Virus record (IMG/VR): IMGVR_UViG_2881684137_000004
Location: 153,571-217,570 of that record
From: a virus
Lineage: Duplodnaviria; Heunggongvirae; Uroviricota; Caudoviricetes
Direction: 5' to 3' (one strand)
DNA length: 64,000 nucleotides
Positions 49,047 through 57,330 of the stretch are shown here, in pieces. Position numbers and translations under genes: made by a program. The number at the start of each line of letters is the position of its first letter. Position 1 is the stretch's first letter. Under the pieces are notes generated by a model. It saw only the letters and a program-made list of their open reading frames with translations, did no database searches and had not been told where the DNA came from.

Positions 49047-49535
49047 TTGCCTGGAGTTGCAATTAATAATTCAAAAATAAAAGAAGTCATCAAACCCAAT
49101 CATGTAACTTACACCATAAAGACTTGGCAGAATACTGGGCAGTGTCTTCAGTATGACCCGTTTACTGGACAATGCATAAATTGGCGTTATGACTTTCTGT
49201 TTTACTCTTATGGCCAAACTGGTGCGAAAATAACAGGCTACGTTTCAACGCCTTCATCGAAAGCAACTGTTCAGGGGGTAAATGTAGCAAAAGTAGATGA
49301 TACCACAATCGAAACTTGGGTAGCTCATCCACCTGTTCCAACATCCAACTCTCAGACTCAATATACAGATATCACTCCTGGTAGATCAGGGAGTGGACAA
49401 GGAAGAATAACGTCTGGAAGCTCAAAAAGTACGCTGAACGGAAAGAAAGTCGCATTGATTGGATCTGAGGTGACTACTCATCTTGGAGTAAAGACTACCA
49501 TCGAAGATGGGAATACAAAGATAAATATGAACTGA
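49047..49535 (+). CDS. PAAR-like spike-tip protein
   Basis: Repeats SSKATVQGVNVAKVDD, ITSGSSKSTLNGKKVALIG..H, IEDGNTKINMN resemble PAAR units; AAGGAGGTG RBS, TTG start. Confidence 0.6.
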   Translation: MPGVAINNSKIKEVIKPNHVTYTIKTWQNTGQCLQYDPFTGQCINWRYDFLFYSYGQTGAKITGYVSTPSSKATVQGVNVAKVDDTTIETWVAHPPVPTSNSQTQYTDITPGRSGSGQGRITSGSSKSTLNGKKVALIGSEVTTHLGVKTTIEDGNTKINMN

Positions 49536-49591
49536 TTTTAAGAATGAAATATAGATTTTATAGCACATATATTGAGAGAAGGTGAGTAACA

Positions 49592-50767
49592 ATTCCAAGT
49601 CTACAAACTTATTTAGATTATAATGATCCCGTAATTTCGATATGGCGAACGAATAAACCAGGGGACGAATACAAGCAAAGAACTGACGATCTACCTGTAA
49701 TCAATAACCTAATAACATTGCTTGAAATCCCTTCTGAATTTCACAAAGTACAAATTATAGGCTTCACAGAAATCGATCTGAACCAATTGAACAAAAAGAA
49801 ATTCTTAGCGATTAATGAATTTATCGTTAATTATTCAAATGGAGCTATTACTTTTCATGAACTACAGGATGGTAAATCTCTGGTTTGTTCCTATTATGGA
49901 AAAGGAATGATTATGTATCCTGCTTCTCGCATATATGCAATGGCTAGTCGCAATCCAGATGTAGTTGTGACGTTACAGGACTTAATCAATGAAACACAAG
50001 AAAAGATTGCTCAACTTAGTTTAAAAATAGCAGAAGTCAATAATGTAATTCAAGAGGCAATAGAAGCTACAAGTCGTACTAACATAGCGGCAGACAATGC
50101 TCGAATTGCAACAGAAAATGCAGACAATGCAACGAAGATAGCTTTAGACGCTGCTTCCAGTACCATTATGATTTATAAGAATCCAGTTGATACCTATGAA
50201 GAAATCATGACTACCTATCCCGATCCTGAAAATGGCTGGAGAGTCATGGTAGCTACTACTGGTGATATATTCAGATTCAATTCAAATAATCATCAATGGG
50301 AGTTAGTCGATAATTGGACAAGAGGCTTGATACCTATGGCATCTCTTATTGCAGATGGACTTTTTTCAAAAGAAGATTATACAAAACTTCTTAATATGGA
50401 TGAACAAGTTTATGATCGTAGGGTTATTCAAATCATAGTCAAATCCTCACCAATCACAGGTAAACACAATGTAATCGCAAGGTTTCCCTTCAATGGAAAG
50501 ATAGCTGGCATCAAAGGTGTCTGTGCAATACCTGGTGATGAAGTTACGGAGATAGCAGTAGAAAAGACTAATGATATGACCAACTGGTTTAAAGTTACTG
50601 AAGACAATTTAGTTTTTGAGCCTCATTCGTACTTTGATAATGACACCATATCATTCGTGGATAATGAAGTCAGTGAAGGTGATTTATTTAGGCTAGAAGT
50701 TATTCGTACAGCACCTGAGATTCAGGATATCACAGTTGAAATAATAATTGATACAACTAAAAAATAA
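49592..50767 (+). CDS. YomF-like baseplate/fiber protein, ATT start
   Basis: Frame open from ATT 49592 (M)PSLQTYLDYNDPVI..LLEIP..V.Y.NG..F..Y.GKG..PASRIY; AAGGTGAG RBS; in-frame TGA at 49583. Confidence 0.7.
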   Translation: MPSLQTYLDYNDPVISIWRTNKPGDEYKQRTDDLPVINNLITLLEIPSEFHKVQIIGFTEIDLNQLNKKKFLAINEFIVNYSNGAITFHELQDGKSLVCSYYGKGMIMYPASRIYAMASRNPDVVVTLQDLINETQEKIAQLSLKIAEVNNVIQEAIEATSRTNIAADNARIATENADNATKIALDAASSTIMIYKNPVDTYEEIMTTYPDPENGWRVMVATTGDIFRFNSNNHQWELVDNWTRGLIPMASLIADGLFSKEDYTKLLNMDEQVYDRRVIQIIVKSSPITGKHNVIARFPFNGKIAGIKGVCAIPGDEVTEIAVEKTNDMTNWFKVTEDNLVFEPHSYFDNDTISFVDNEVSEGDLFRLEVIRTAPEIQDITVEIIIDTTKK

Positions 50768-50786
50768 ATAAACGGAGGTTTGATAT

Positions 50787-51500
50787 ATGTCAACACCATT
50801 GGTTTCTTGGTTAAACAGTACTCACTCAGCAGAAGTAATAACTCCTTTTAATTTTGGGGTAATTGATGCTGGAGATAGAGGTAATCCTTATACATTCAAC
50901 ATTTGGAATAATAAAGGTGGAGCAACAGATGTATCAAGAATGGAAGATTGCTCCATCACAACAAAGGACATGGATGGTGGTTTAGGCAATACCGCTGGTA
51001 AAGAAGTTCCAGTAGTTAGCGGCAATTGGTTTCATGCCCAAATTGATTCATTAGGGGAGACAGACTTAACAGAACCATCATCTAAGATCGGCGCTGATTT
51101 TACAAAGCCTGTTGGCACAAATGGTACAACCAAGCATCGAAAAAGCCTAACCGCTGAAACTTGGGCTGTTTCCACTCCCTATACGATAGGAAAGGTAATT
51201 AAACCAATTACCCCAAATGGCTGGATTTATGAATGCGTTCAAGCAGGAACATCAGGTTCAACAGCACCCGTTTGGAAGACTGACATTCAGGAAACGGTGT
51301 CGGATGGAGCTGTATTGTGGCAACCAATTAAAATAGATCACAAACCTGGTGCGAAAGAAATTATGGGTGTTCAAAATGACGGAACACCAGGTAATAGCGC
51401 AGGTAATTTCATCACACTTACGTTGCAATGTGAGGTTCCTCTTAATGCTAATGCAGGTAGACAAAACTTTAAAGTTCGGCTATCTTATCGTCACACTTAA
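50787..51500 (+). CDS. Tail/baseplate structural protein with inserted carbohydrate-binding-like repeat
   Basis: FGVIDAG..F.IWNN.GG; W..STPY.IG..NGW.YEC.AG.SG..P.W. Confidence 0.6.
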   Translation: MSTPLVSWLNSTHSAEVITPFNFGVIDAGDRGNPYTFNIWNNKGGATDVSRMEDCSITTKDMDGGLGNTAGKEVPVVSGNWFHAQIDSLGETDLTEPSSKIGADFTKPVGTNGTTKHRKSLTAETWAVSTPYTIGKVIKPITPNGWIYECVQAGTSGSTAPVWKTDIQETVSDGAVLWQPIKIDHKPGAKEIMGVQNDGTPGNSAGNFITLTLQCEVPLNANAGRQNFKVRLSYRHT

Positions 51501-51582
51501 AATAAAATAAATTATACATTAATGACACTGTTTAGGGCGAGAGAACTTATCTCTTGCCCTATTTTCTTTGAGGAGGAATGAA

Positions 51583-52191
51583 ATGATTCTAGGTAATAAA
51601 GAGTTTACGTCTTCTCCCGTTAAGCAAAATTTTATATGGGTTGCTGAATTCGCAGATGGTACCTATAAGACTGAATACAATCTAATTACACATCAGCCAA
51701 ACAAATTTCAAGATATTGATAAAAATATGTTAGTAGCTTTCGGACTAATTGGTTCAGGCAGTCAAATTTACTTTGATGTTGGAAATGGAATTTTCACAGT
51801 AAATAAACATCGGCTAATGTTGTCTTATCAAGTTGGTGATATAGAATATGCAATTACAGGACGAACAGTTGTATATAATGATGTAATCACTTATAAGGAA
51901 TCTGTAACAGATTTTGAAGTTCTCACAAAAGGAGCAGACTCATTACAAAGTCGCATTATGCAATTTAATGTTGGTTACAAAAAACAAATGGAATTTGACG
52001 ATGTGAATATAGGTTTTCAGTGTGTTGCTGGTATTCCACTGAATTCATCCATGATACTTCAATTTAAAATATCAGCTGATAAAGATATGCAAGGAAAACT
52101 GATTATTAGACGCAATGGACAAATTGTCGATAAAATTGATGCTCCACTACTTGGAGGTCATGCTTTACATGGTAATTGGACAGTGAAGTAA
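51583..52191 (+). CDS. Hypothetical tail-module protein
   Basis: GAGGAGG RBS; SPV.Q.FIW.AE..DG. Confidence 0.65.
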   Translation: MILGNKEFTSSPVKQNFIWVAEFADGTYKTEYNLITHQPNKFQDIDKNMLVAFGLIGSGSQIYFDVGNGIFTVNKHRLMLSYQVGDIEYAITGRTVVYNDVITYKESVTDFEVLTKGADSLQSRIMQFNVGYKKQMEFDDVNIGFQCVAGIPLNSSMILQFKISADKDMQGKLIIRRNGQIVDKIDAPLLGGHALHGNWTVK

Positions 52192-52212
52192 CCAGAAATG
52201 AGGTGAAGTGTT

Positions 52213-52794
52213 ATGGCTACAAATGTGCAAGAAATAGGAATTGAAATTGATTTATCGAGTGGTACTTTTATCAATACTGTATATAAAGACAATATGCTGC
52301 AACTTGTTAGTGATGGACAAGACGCCGATGGTAATTCGATCTATGCTGAAACAGGTGAATGGGAATCTGAAATCATACTCATCAAAGATAAAATTAAAGC
52401 ATTTAAAAACGTTGTTAAGACAGCGCACAAATCCGGTAACGCTTATACTGTTATATACACACAATCATCCGAGGACTCCTTCGAGTGGACAAATTACGTT
52501 GAAGTTGGTGAGGGTTACGAGATATTTAGTCCTGCTCAAAAATATGCCAGGATTAAAGTTGTATTCTATGCTGAGAAAGTAAATGCAAACTTCTTTGTTG
52601 ATGATTTTAAAAACTCGAATAAATTTAACAATGAGTTTACGAACTATGATGATGGTAAATTGGAATTGAAGAAGGATTACACTTATAAGATGCTTAAAAC
52701 AGTTGAATACGATGAAGGCTGTGTTTATGTGAAACGAGTCCAAGTCAATGACTTTAAGAAAATAGATAAAATACGAGTACAAGGAGTGATTTAA
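52213..52794 (+). CDS. Tail fiber/baseplate adaptor with shared C-terminal docking motif
   Basis: G.WES..S.D..W..Y beta-sandwich; C-terminal EG.VY..V..FKKI.KI.V. Confidence 0.55.
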   Translation: MATNVQEIGIEIDLSSGTFINTVYKDNMLQLVSDGQDADGNSIYAETGEWESEIILIKDKIKAFKNVVKTAHKSGNAYTVIYTQSSEDSFEWTNYVEVGEGYEIFSPAQKYARIKVVFYAEKVNANFFVDDFKNSNKFNNEFTNYDDGKLELKKDYTYKMLKTVEYDEGCVYVKRVQVNDFKKIDKIRVQGVI

Positions 52795-53882
52795 TGACCG
52801 AAATCAAACCAATGAGCTATCAGACCATTGATCGTAGCATCTTCGATACACTATCGCCTTGGAAAGATATGCGAAGATGTTTGTTGCGTGATGATGGTAA
52901 GGTTAATTATTACTTGGATGCAAATGATTCAACAAAAAAAGAAGATGGTACTGCTGCTGTCTTAACAGGTGCAGATGGTCAAGTAATGGTTGAGATACCA
53001 AAGTTCTGGTGGAAATGGGAAGTTGGTACAGTGAATGGTAAGCGCACATTTAGATGGTTCATTTCTGATGTTGCAGAAGATGGATTTGAAGTTCATCCAG
53101 CCTTTTATCGGGATAGAGATGGTGATGGCGTAGCAGAAGAAGTAGATAAGCGATATTTTTCGGCTTATTTGGGGAATTATAATATCAATTCGACTATATC
53201 ATACATGAGTAGTGTTAGAAATACACGTCCGATTGCATCTAGAGCAATAACCGAATTTAGAACAAAGGCACAGGCACGTGGCAATGGGTGGGGATTGATT
53301 GATTATCATTTACTGCATGCTGTGCAACTATTATTTTTGCTTGAGTTTGGAGATTTTAATGCACGGGCCAAGATTGGAAGAGGATATGTAGACGGAAATA
53401 CAATATCAGCGATTACTGGATCTACAAGTCAGTATGGTAATCAATCTTTTGGGGAAACGACAGGAAAGCAGCAAATGAGCTACCGAGGCATAGAGGATTT
53501 TTATGGAAATTGTTCATATTTTATTGATGGAATCTGTGTGAAAAGCAATGTAATCGCTGTTGGTAATGTATCATTTAATAATAATGCTGAAGGATACTCT
53601 ATCCTAAATGACTCATTAAACAACGGGGGTGGATTTATTGATGATTTTAATAATAACTTAGATTTTGGCTTCATTCCGAGTAAATTTGTCAATGTCACTT
53701 CAATTGGAAAAATAAACGATCGATATATTAGAAATTCTTCATCAGTATTTATGGGGATGGCTTTAGGCCGAGATTGGTTTGGAAACACTTGGGAATCCGG
53801 AGATTACATTGGTATGTTTTCATTATGCGCGTACCAGTTTTCTGTAACATCTCCTAATCTAACTAGTAGAATTACATATTAA
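52794..53882 (+). CDS. C-type-lectin-fold (Mtd/FGE-like) receptor-binding protein
   Basis: DGQVMVEIPKF, HPAF, LEFG..N..IG.G, SYRGIEDFYGN..IDG, terminal G.DW..G.F..SR.Y. Confidence 0.7.
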   Translation: MTEIKPMSYQTIDRSIFDTLSPWKDMRRCLLRDDGKVNYYLDANDSTKKEDGTAAVLTGADGQVMVEIPKFWWKWEVGTVNGKRTFRWFISDVAEDGFEVHPAFYRDRDGDGVAEEVDKRYFSAYLGNYNINSTISYMSSVRNTRPIASRAITEFRTKAQARGNGWGLIDYHLLHAVQLLFLLEFGDFNARAKIGRGYVDGNTISAITGSTSQYGNQSFGETTGKQQMSYRGIEDFYGNCSYFIDGICVKSNVIAVGNVSFNNNAEGYSILNDSLNNGGGFIDDFNNNLDFGFIPSKFVNVTSIGKINDRYIRNSSSVFMGMALGRDWFGNTWESGDYIGMFSLCAYQFSVTSPNLTSRITY

Positions 53883-53909
53883 ATTCAACAAAGACGAGGT
53901 GAATTAATA

Positions 53910-54719
53910 ATGCCAATAGTCGGATTCGAATGGAATCAGGAAGAAAATATTACAAATCATTTAAAAGTACCGCTTAATAAATCGTTTATTTTATTTGATG
54001 GTGAATATAAGAAGTGGAACATGAGAAAGGAAAGAGTAATATCAGCTGTTGGGCTTATTCCTACGCTTACATCAAATACATCAGCATCTCCAAATATAAT
54101 TGTTAGTGCATCAACTGAGAATAATTCATCCAAAGGCGCATGGTGTTCATTCGACGGAGCAGCAAATGGTTGGAATAGTGCACAAGTAGTTCCGGTTTCA
54201 GGTTGGCTTAATGTGAAATTTAATGTATCAAAAAAAATTGGCAGATATTCCATTATTTCAGATTCCAACATAAGATACCATCCAAGAAGTTGGACGTTTG
54301 AGGGGAGTAATAATGGAACAGATTGGATAATTCTAGACACTCAAACAAATATCACTTGGAACAACTTTGAAAAAAAAATATTTGAGATAAATAATTCTGA
54401 CTTTTATATAAATTACAGAATTAACATTAAAGAAATTAATGGTGCTGCAATTATTATTATTGGTAATATGCAACTTTTTGAAGTTTTGTCAGAGGAATCT
54501 CCATACCCATCACATTGGCAAACAGTTTCCACAACCATGCCCTCTGAAGACACATTTATGAGTGAAGGAATGAAAAATTTGTCATCATTAGATAGAAAGC
54601 AAACTATGTTATATGTTGATATGGCTGACGATGAAGTATTGGGTGAGGGAAAAGTGTTTAGAGGTAAGGTGAATTTGAGGAAATATAAAGAAATTAATTC
54701 TATTAGGGTGAAAGACTGA
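53910..54719 (+). CDS. Discoidin/F5/8-type-C domain adhesin
   Basis: P.LTSNT..SAS..AW..FDG..W..PRSWTFEGSNNG..W..LD..YRINI. Confidence 0.75.
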   Translation: MPIVGFEWNQEENITNHLKVPLNKSFILFDGEYKKWNMRKERVISAVGLIPTLTSNTSASPNIIVSASTENNSSKGAWCSFDGAANGWNSAQVVPVSGWLNVKFNVSKKIGRYSIISDSNIRYHPRSWTFEGSNNGTDWIILDTQTNITWNNFEKKIFEINNSDFYINYRINIKEINGAAIIIIGNMQLFEVLSEESPYPSHWQTVSTTMPSEDTFMSEGMKNLSSLDRKQTMLYVDMADDEVLGEGKVFRGKVNLRKYKEINSIRVKD

Positions 54720-54742
54720 AAGACGGAGGTATAAGATAATAT

Positions 54743-56014
54743 ATGGAAATATTAAATGTTACGCTCAATCCAAATGATATGGGGGCACGATGGGATTTAA
54801 GCAACCAAAACTTAACTTCTAATTATACCACTAACTCATCTTATGACACAGCAATCAGAGCTACTCATGGAAGGAGTACAGGTAAATGGTATTGGGAAGT
54901 AGCTCTAGATATGGTGGGCAACATTTCAAACAACTGCATTGGAGTATCCAACAAATCCTTCTCAGTAAATACTTTTTCTCAATCTAGCAGCAACTGGAGA
55001 GGTTTTTATTGTAATAACGGCAGGAAATTTCCTGATAATATTGTTTATGGTACATCTGCAAGAAATAAAGACATTATTGGTGTAGGTCTTGATCTTGATA
55101 ACTTTACCCTTGAATTTTTTAAAAGTGGTGTTAGCATGGGCTTTTCTCACACTGATCTTCAAAATATGGGAATGTTGTATCCGACTTTATCAGCAAAATT
55201 TGTTTTGAATCCGAGCAGCAACAATAGCTGCACAATAAATTTCGGAGCTAGTCCATTTGCATATCCAATACCACATGGTTTCTATTCCTATGATGGAAGT
55301 CAAAACACTTGGTCTAATAAATTCTTACTTTCATCCACAACAGGAGAGAGAACAATTGGAATTGAGAAGGGAGTACTAAATTCAACAACCGCCATTCCGA
55401 ATATGACTTCTAACATATTGCCCAGCGGTATTGCCTTTTCAAATAGTGAGAATAGCGGGAATGTGGCATGGAGAGCATTCGATGACATCGATACAAGCGC
55501 TTCATATTGGCAGTCTGTTAATAATAATTATCCTATTTATATTGGATATGAATTTGAAAAACAAATCCGTATAGGAGAATATGCATTAATTGTTCACAAC
55601 ACTACCTATTCACCAAGGGTTTGGTTTTTTGAGGGGTCTAATGATGGGGCAGTGTGGAACGTATTAGACACTCAATCAACTGCTTTGGCTGCTAATACAT
55701 TAACGACTTTTAAAATTAATAATATTGGAAATTACAAAAAGTATAGATTAAACATTGCCTCGACAAATGGTGCTTCGACTACAATGTTATCAGGCTTTAA
55801 GATGTATGAAGTTTCTGCTGACATTGTAATCAGGTTAGCTGCAAATACCGAGAAGAATTTTAATAAATACGGAGTAGATTCCCCTGTGAGATTTGATAGA
55901 TATACAAAAATTAAAAACGTTGTTTCCGATAATGTGTCTGCCAATGATGGAAAAATATTTGAACACACTATTGATCTCAACAAACGAAAAGTGAATAAAA
56001 TTGTATTGGGGTAA
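54743..56014 (+). CDS. SPRY plus discoidin domain adhesin
   Basis: GKWYWEV..D.IGV.LDLD..LEF.K.G; NFGA.PF.Y.IP; W.FEGSNDG..W. Confidence 0.78.
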   Translation: MEILNVTLNPNDMGARWDLSNQNLTSNYTTNSSYDTAIRATHGRSTGKWYWEVALDMVGNISNNCIGVSNKSFSVNTFSQSSSNWRGFYCNNGRKFPDNIVYGTSARNKDIIGVGLDLDNFTLEFFKSGVSMGFSHTDLQNMGMLYPTLSAKFVLNPSSNNSCTINFGASPFAYPIPHGFYSYDGSQNTWSNKFLLSSTTGERTIGIEKGVLNSTTAIPNMTSNILPSGIAFSNSENSGNVAWRAFDDIDTSASYWQSVNNNYPIYIGYEFEKQIRIGEYALIVHNTTYSPRVWFFEGSNDGAVWNVLDTQSTALAANTLTTFKINNIGNYKKYRLNIASTNGASTTMLSGFKMYEVSADIVIRLAANTEKNFNKYGVDSPVRFDRYTKIKNVVSDNVSANDGKIFEHTIDLNKRKVNKIVLG

Positions 56015-56069
56015 TGTTTAATTGAGTAAATGAAGGTTTTTAAAATGAGAGGAGAGAGGATAAGAATAT

Positions 56070-57317
56070 ATGTCAATTATCGATGTCAGATTAAATCCAA
56101 ATGATATGGGTTCTGGGAATGTATTGAGTAATGGGAATTTGACAGTTACTAATACAAGTTCTACAGCAATCAGAGCTACACCTGGCAGAGTGTCTGGTAA
56201 ATGGTATTGGGAGGCTAAATTAATAAGTTTAAGTGGGCAGGTGCTAATAGGCATAGCAAACAAGCAGATGCCACTTTCGTCTGCAAATTTGGGTGATGTA
56301 AATCAGAGAACATATTATGGTTCTGATGGAACTCGCCGTCCAGAAAACACGCCTTATGGAACCAGGTGGACTACAGGTGATGTTCTGGGTATTGCTCTCA
56401 ATTTAGACAATGACACATTAGAATTTTACAAGAATGGGGTTAGCATGGGCGTGAGCCATACTAACATCAAAGAACTTGGAGAAGTTTATCCTGTACTAAG
56501 AGGCGTTAATTCAGCAACAAATACGGTAACATTTAATTTTGGTGCTTCTCCATTTGAGTATACTATCCCTAATAAATATTATTCTTATGATGGCAGGCAA
56601 GATGGTTGGTATTATAAATTCTTGATTTCATCCGAAGATAAGAATATACATTCTATAAAACCCGAAATCAAATTCGAAGAAACCGCAATCCCAAACATGA
56701 CATCAGACACATCTCCTTCGGGAAGAGTTTTAGCTAGTTCAATTAATTCTGTTTCTACTGATGCTTGGCAAGCTTTTTCAGCAACTGGTCAGTGGATGTC
56801 TTCAGTTGCTGGTTACCCGCATTATTTAGGTTATGAGTTTACAGAAAAAAAACGCATATATGGTTACTCTATGAAATTTAACTCTACCTCCCGACCAGTT
56901 GATTGGACATTTGAAGGTTCAACTGATGGTACAAACTATACTGTTTTAGATACAAGAAAAAACCAAACTACTAATAATAGCACTGATTTTTTTTATATAA
57001 ATGATGATGTAGAAAATTTCAGAATCTATAGAATAAATATAACATCTGGTACACATTCTAGTCAGGTATCAATTCAATTATTGAAGATGTTTGAATATAT
57101 TCCTAGTGAACTCGTAAAACTGGAATCCGCATCAGAAAACAATTTTATTAGCTATGGATTAAATAAAGACCAAACCATAAACATGTCTCAGAAAATGTTT
57201 AACAGAAACTATATAGTTGAAAATGGTGATAGTTTAAGTTCAGGTAAAGTATTCAAGCAAGCTATAGACACAGTAAAAACACCAATCAGGAATGTCACAA
57301 TAGAAACCAATAGATAG
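56070..57317 (+). CDS. SPRY plus discoidin domain adhesin (paralog of 54743..56014)
   Basis: Same architecture; shared LNPNDMG, AIRAT.G..GKWYWE, NFGASPF, AIPNMTS. Confidence 0.78.
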   Translation: MSIIDVRLNPNDMGSGNVLSNGNLTVTNTSSTAIRATPGRVSGKWYWEAKLISLSGQVLIGIANKQMPLSSANLGDVNQRTYYGSDGTRRPENTPYGTRWTTGDVLGIALNLDNDTLEFYKNGVSMGVSHTNIKELGEVYPVLRGVNSATNTVTFNFGASPFEYTIPNKYYSYDGRQDGWYYKFLISSEDKNIHSIKPEIKFEETAIPNMTSDTSPSGRVLASSINSVSTDAWQAFSATGQWMSSVAGYPHYLGYEFTEKKRIYGYSMKFNSTSRPVDWTFEGSTDGTNYTVLDTRKNQTTNNSTDFFYINDDVENFRIYRINITSGTHSSQVSIQLLKMFEYIPSELVKLESASENNFISYGLNKDQTINMSQKMFNRNYIVENGDSLSSGKVFKQAIDTVKTPIRNVTIETNR

Positions 57318-57330
57318 GAGTTGATGAATA

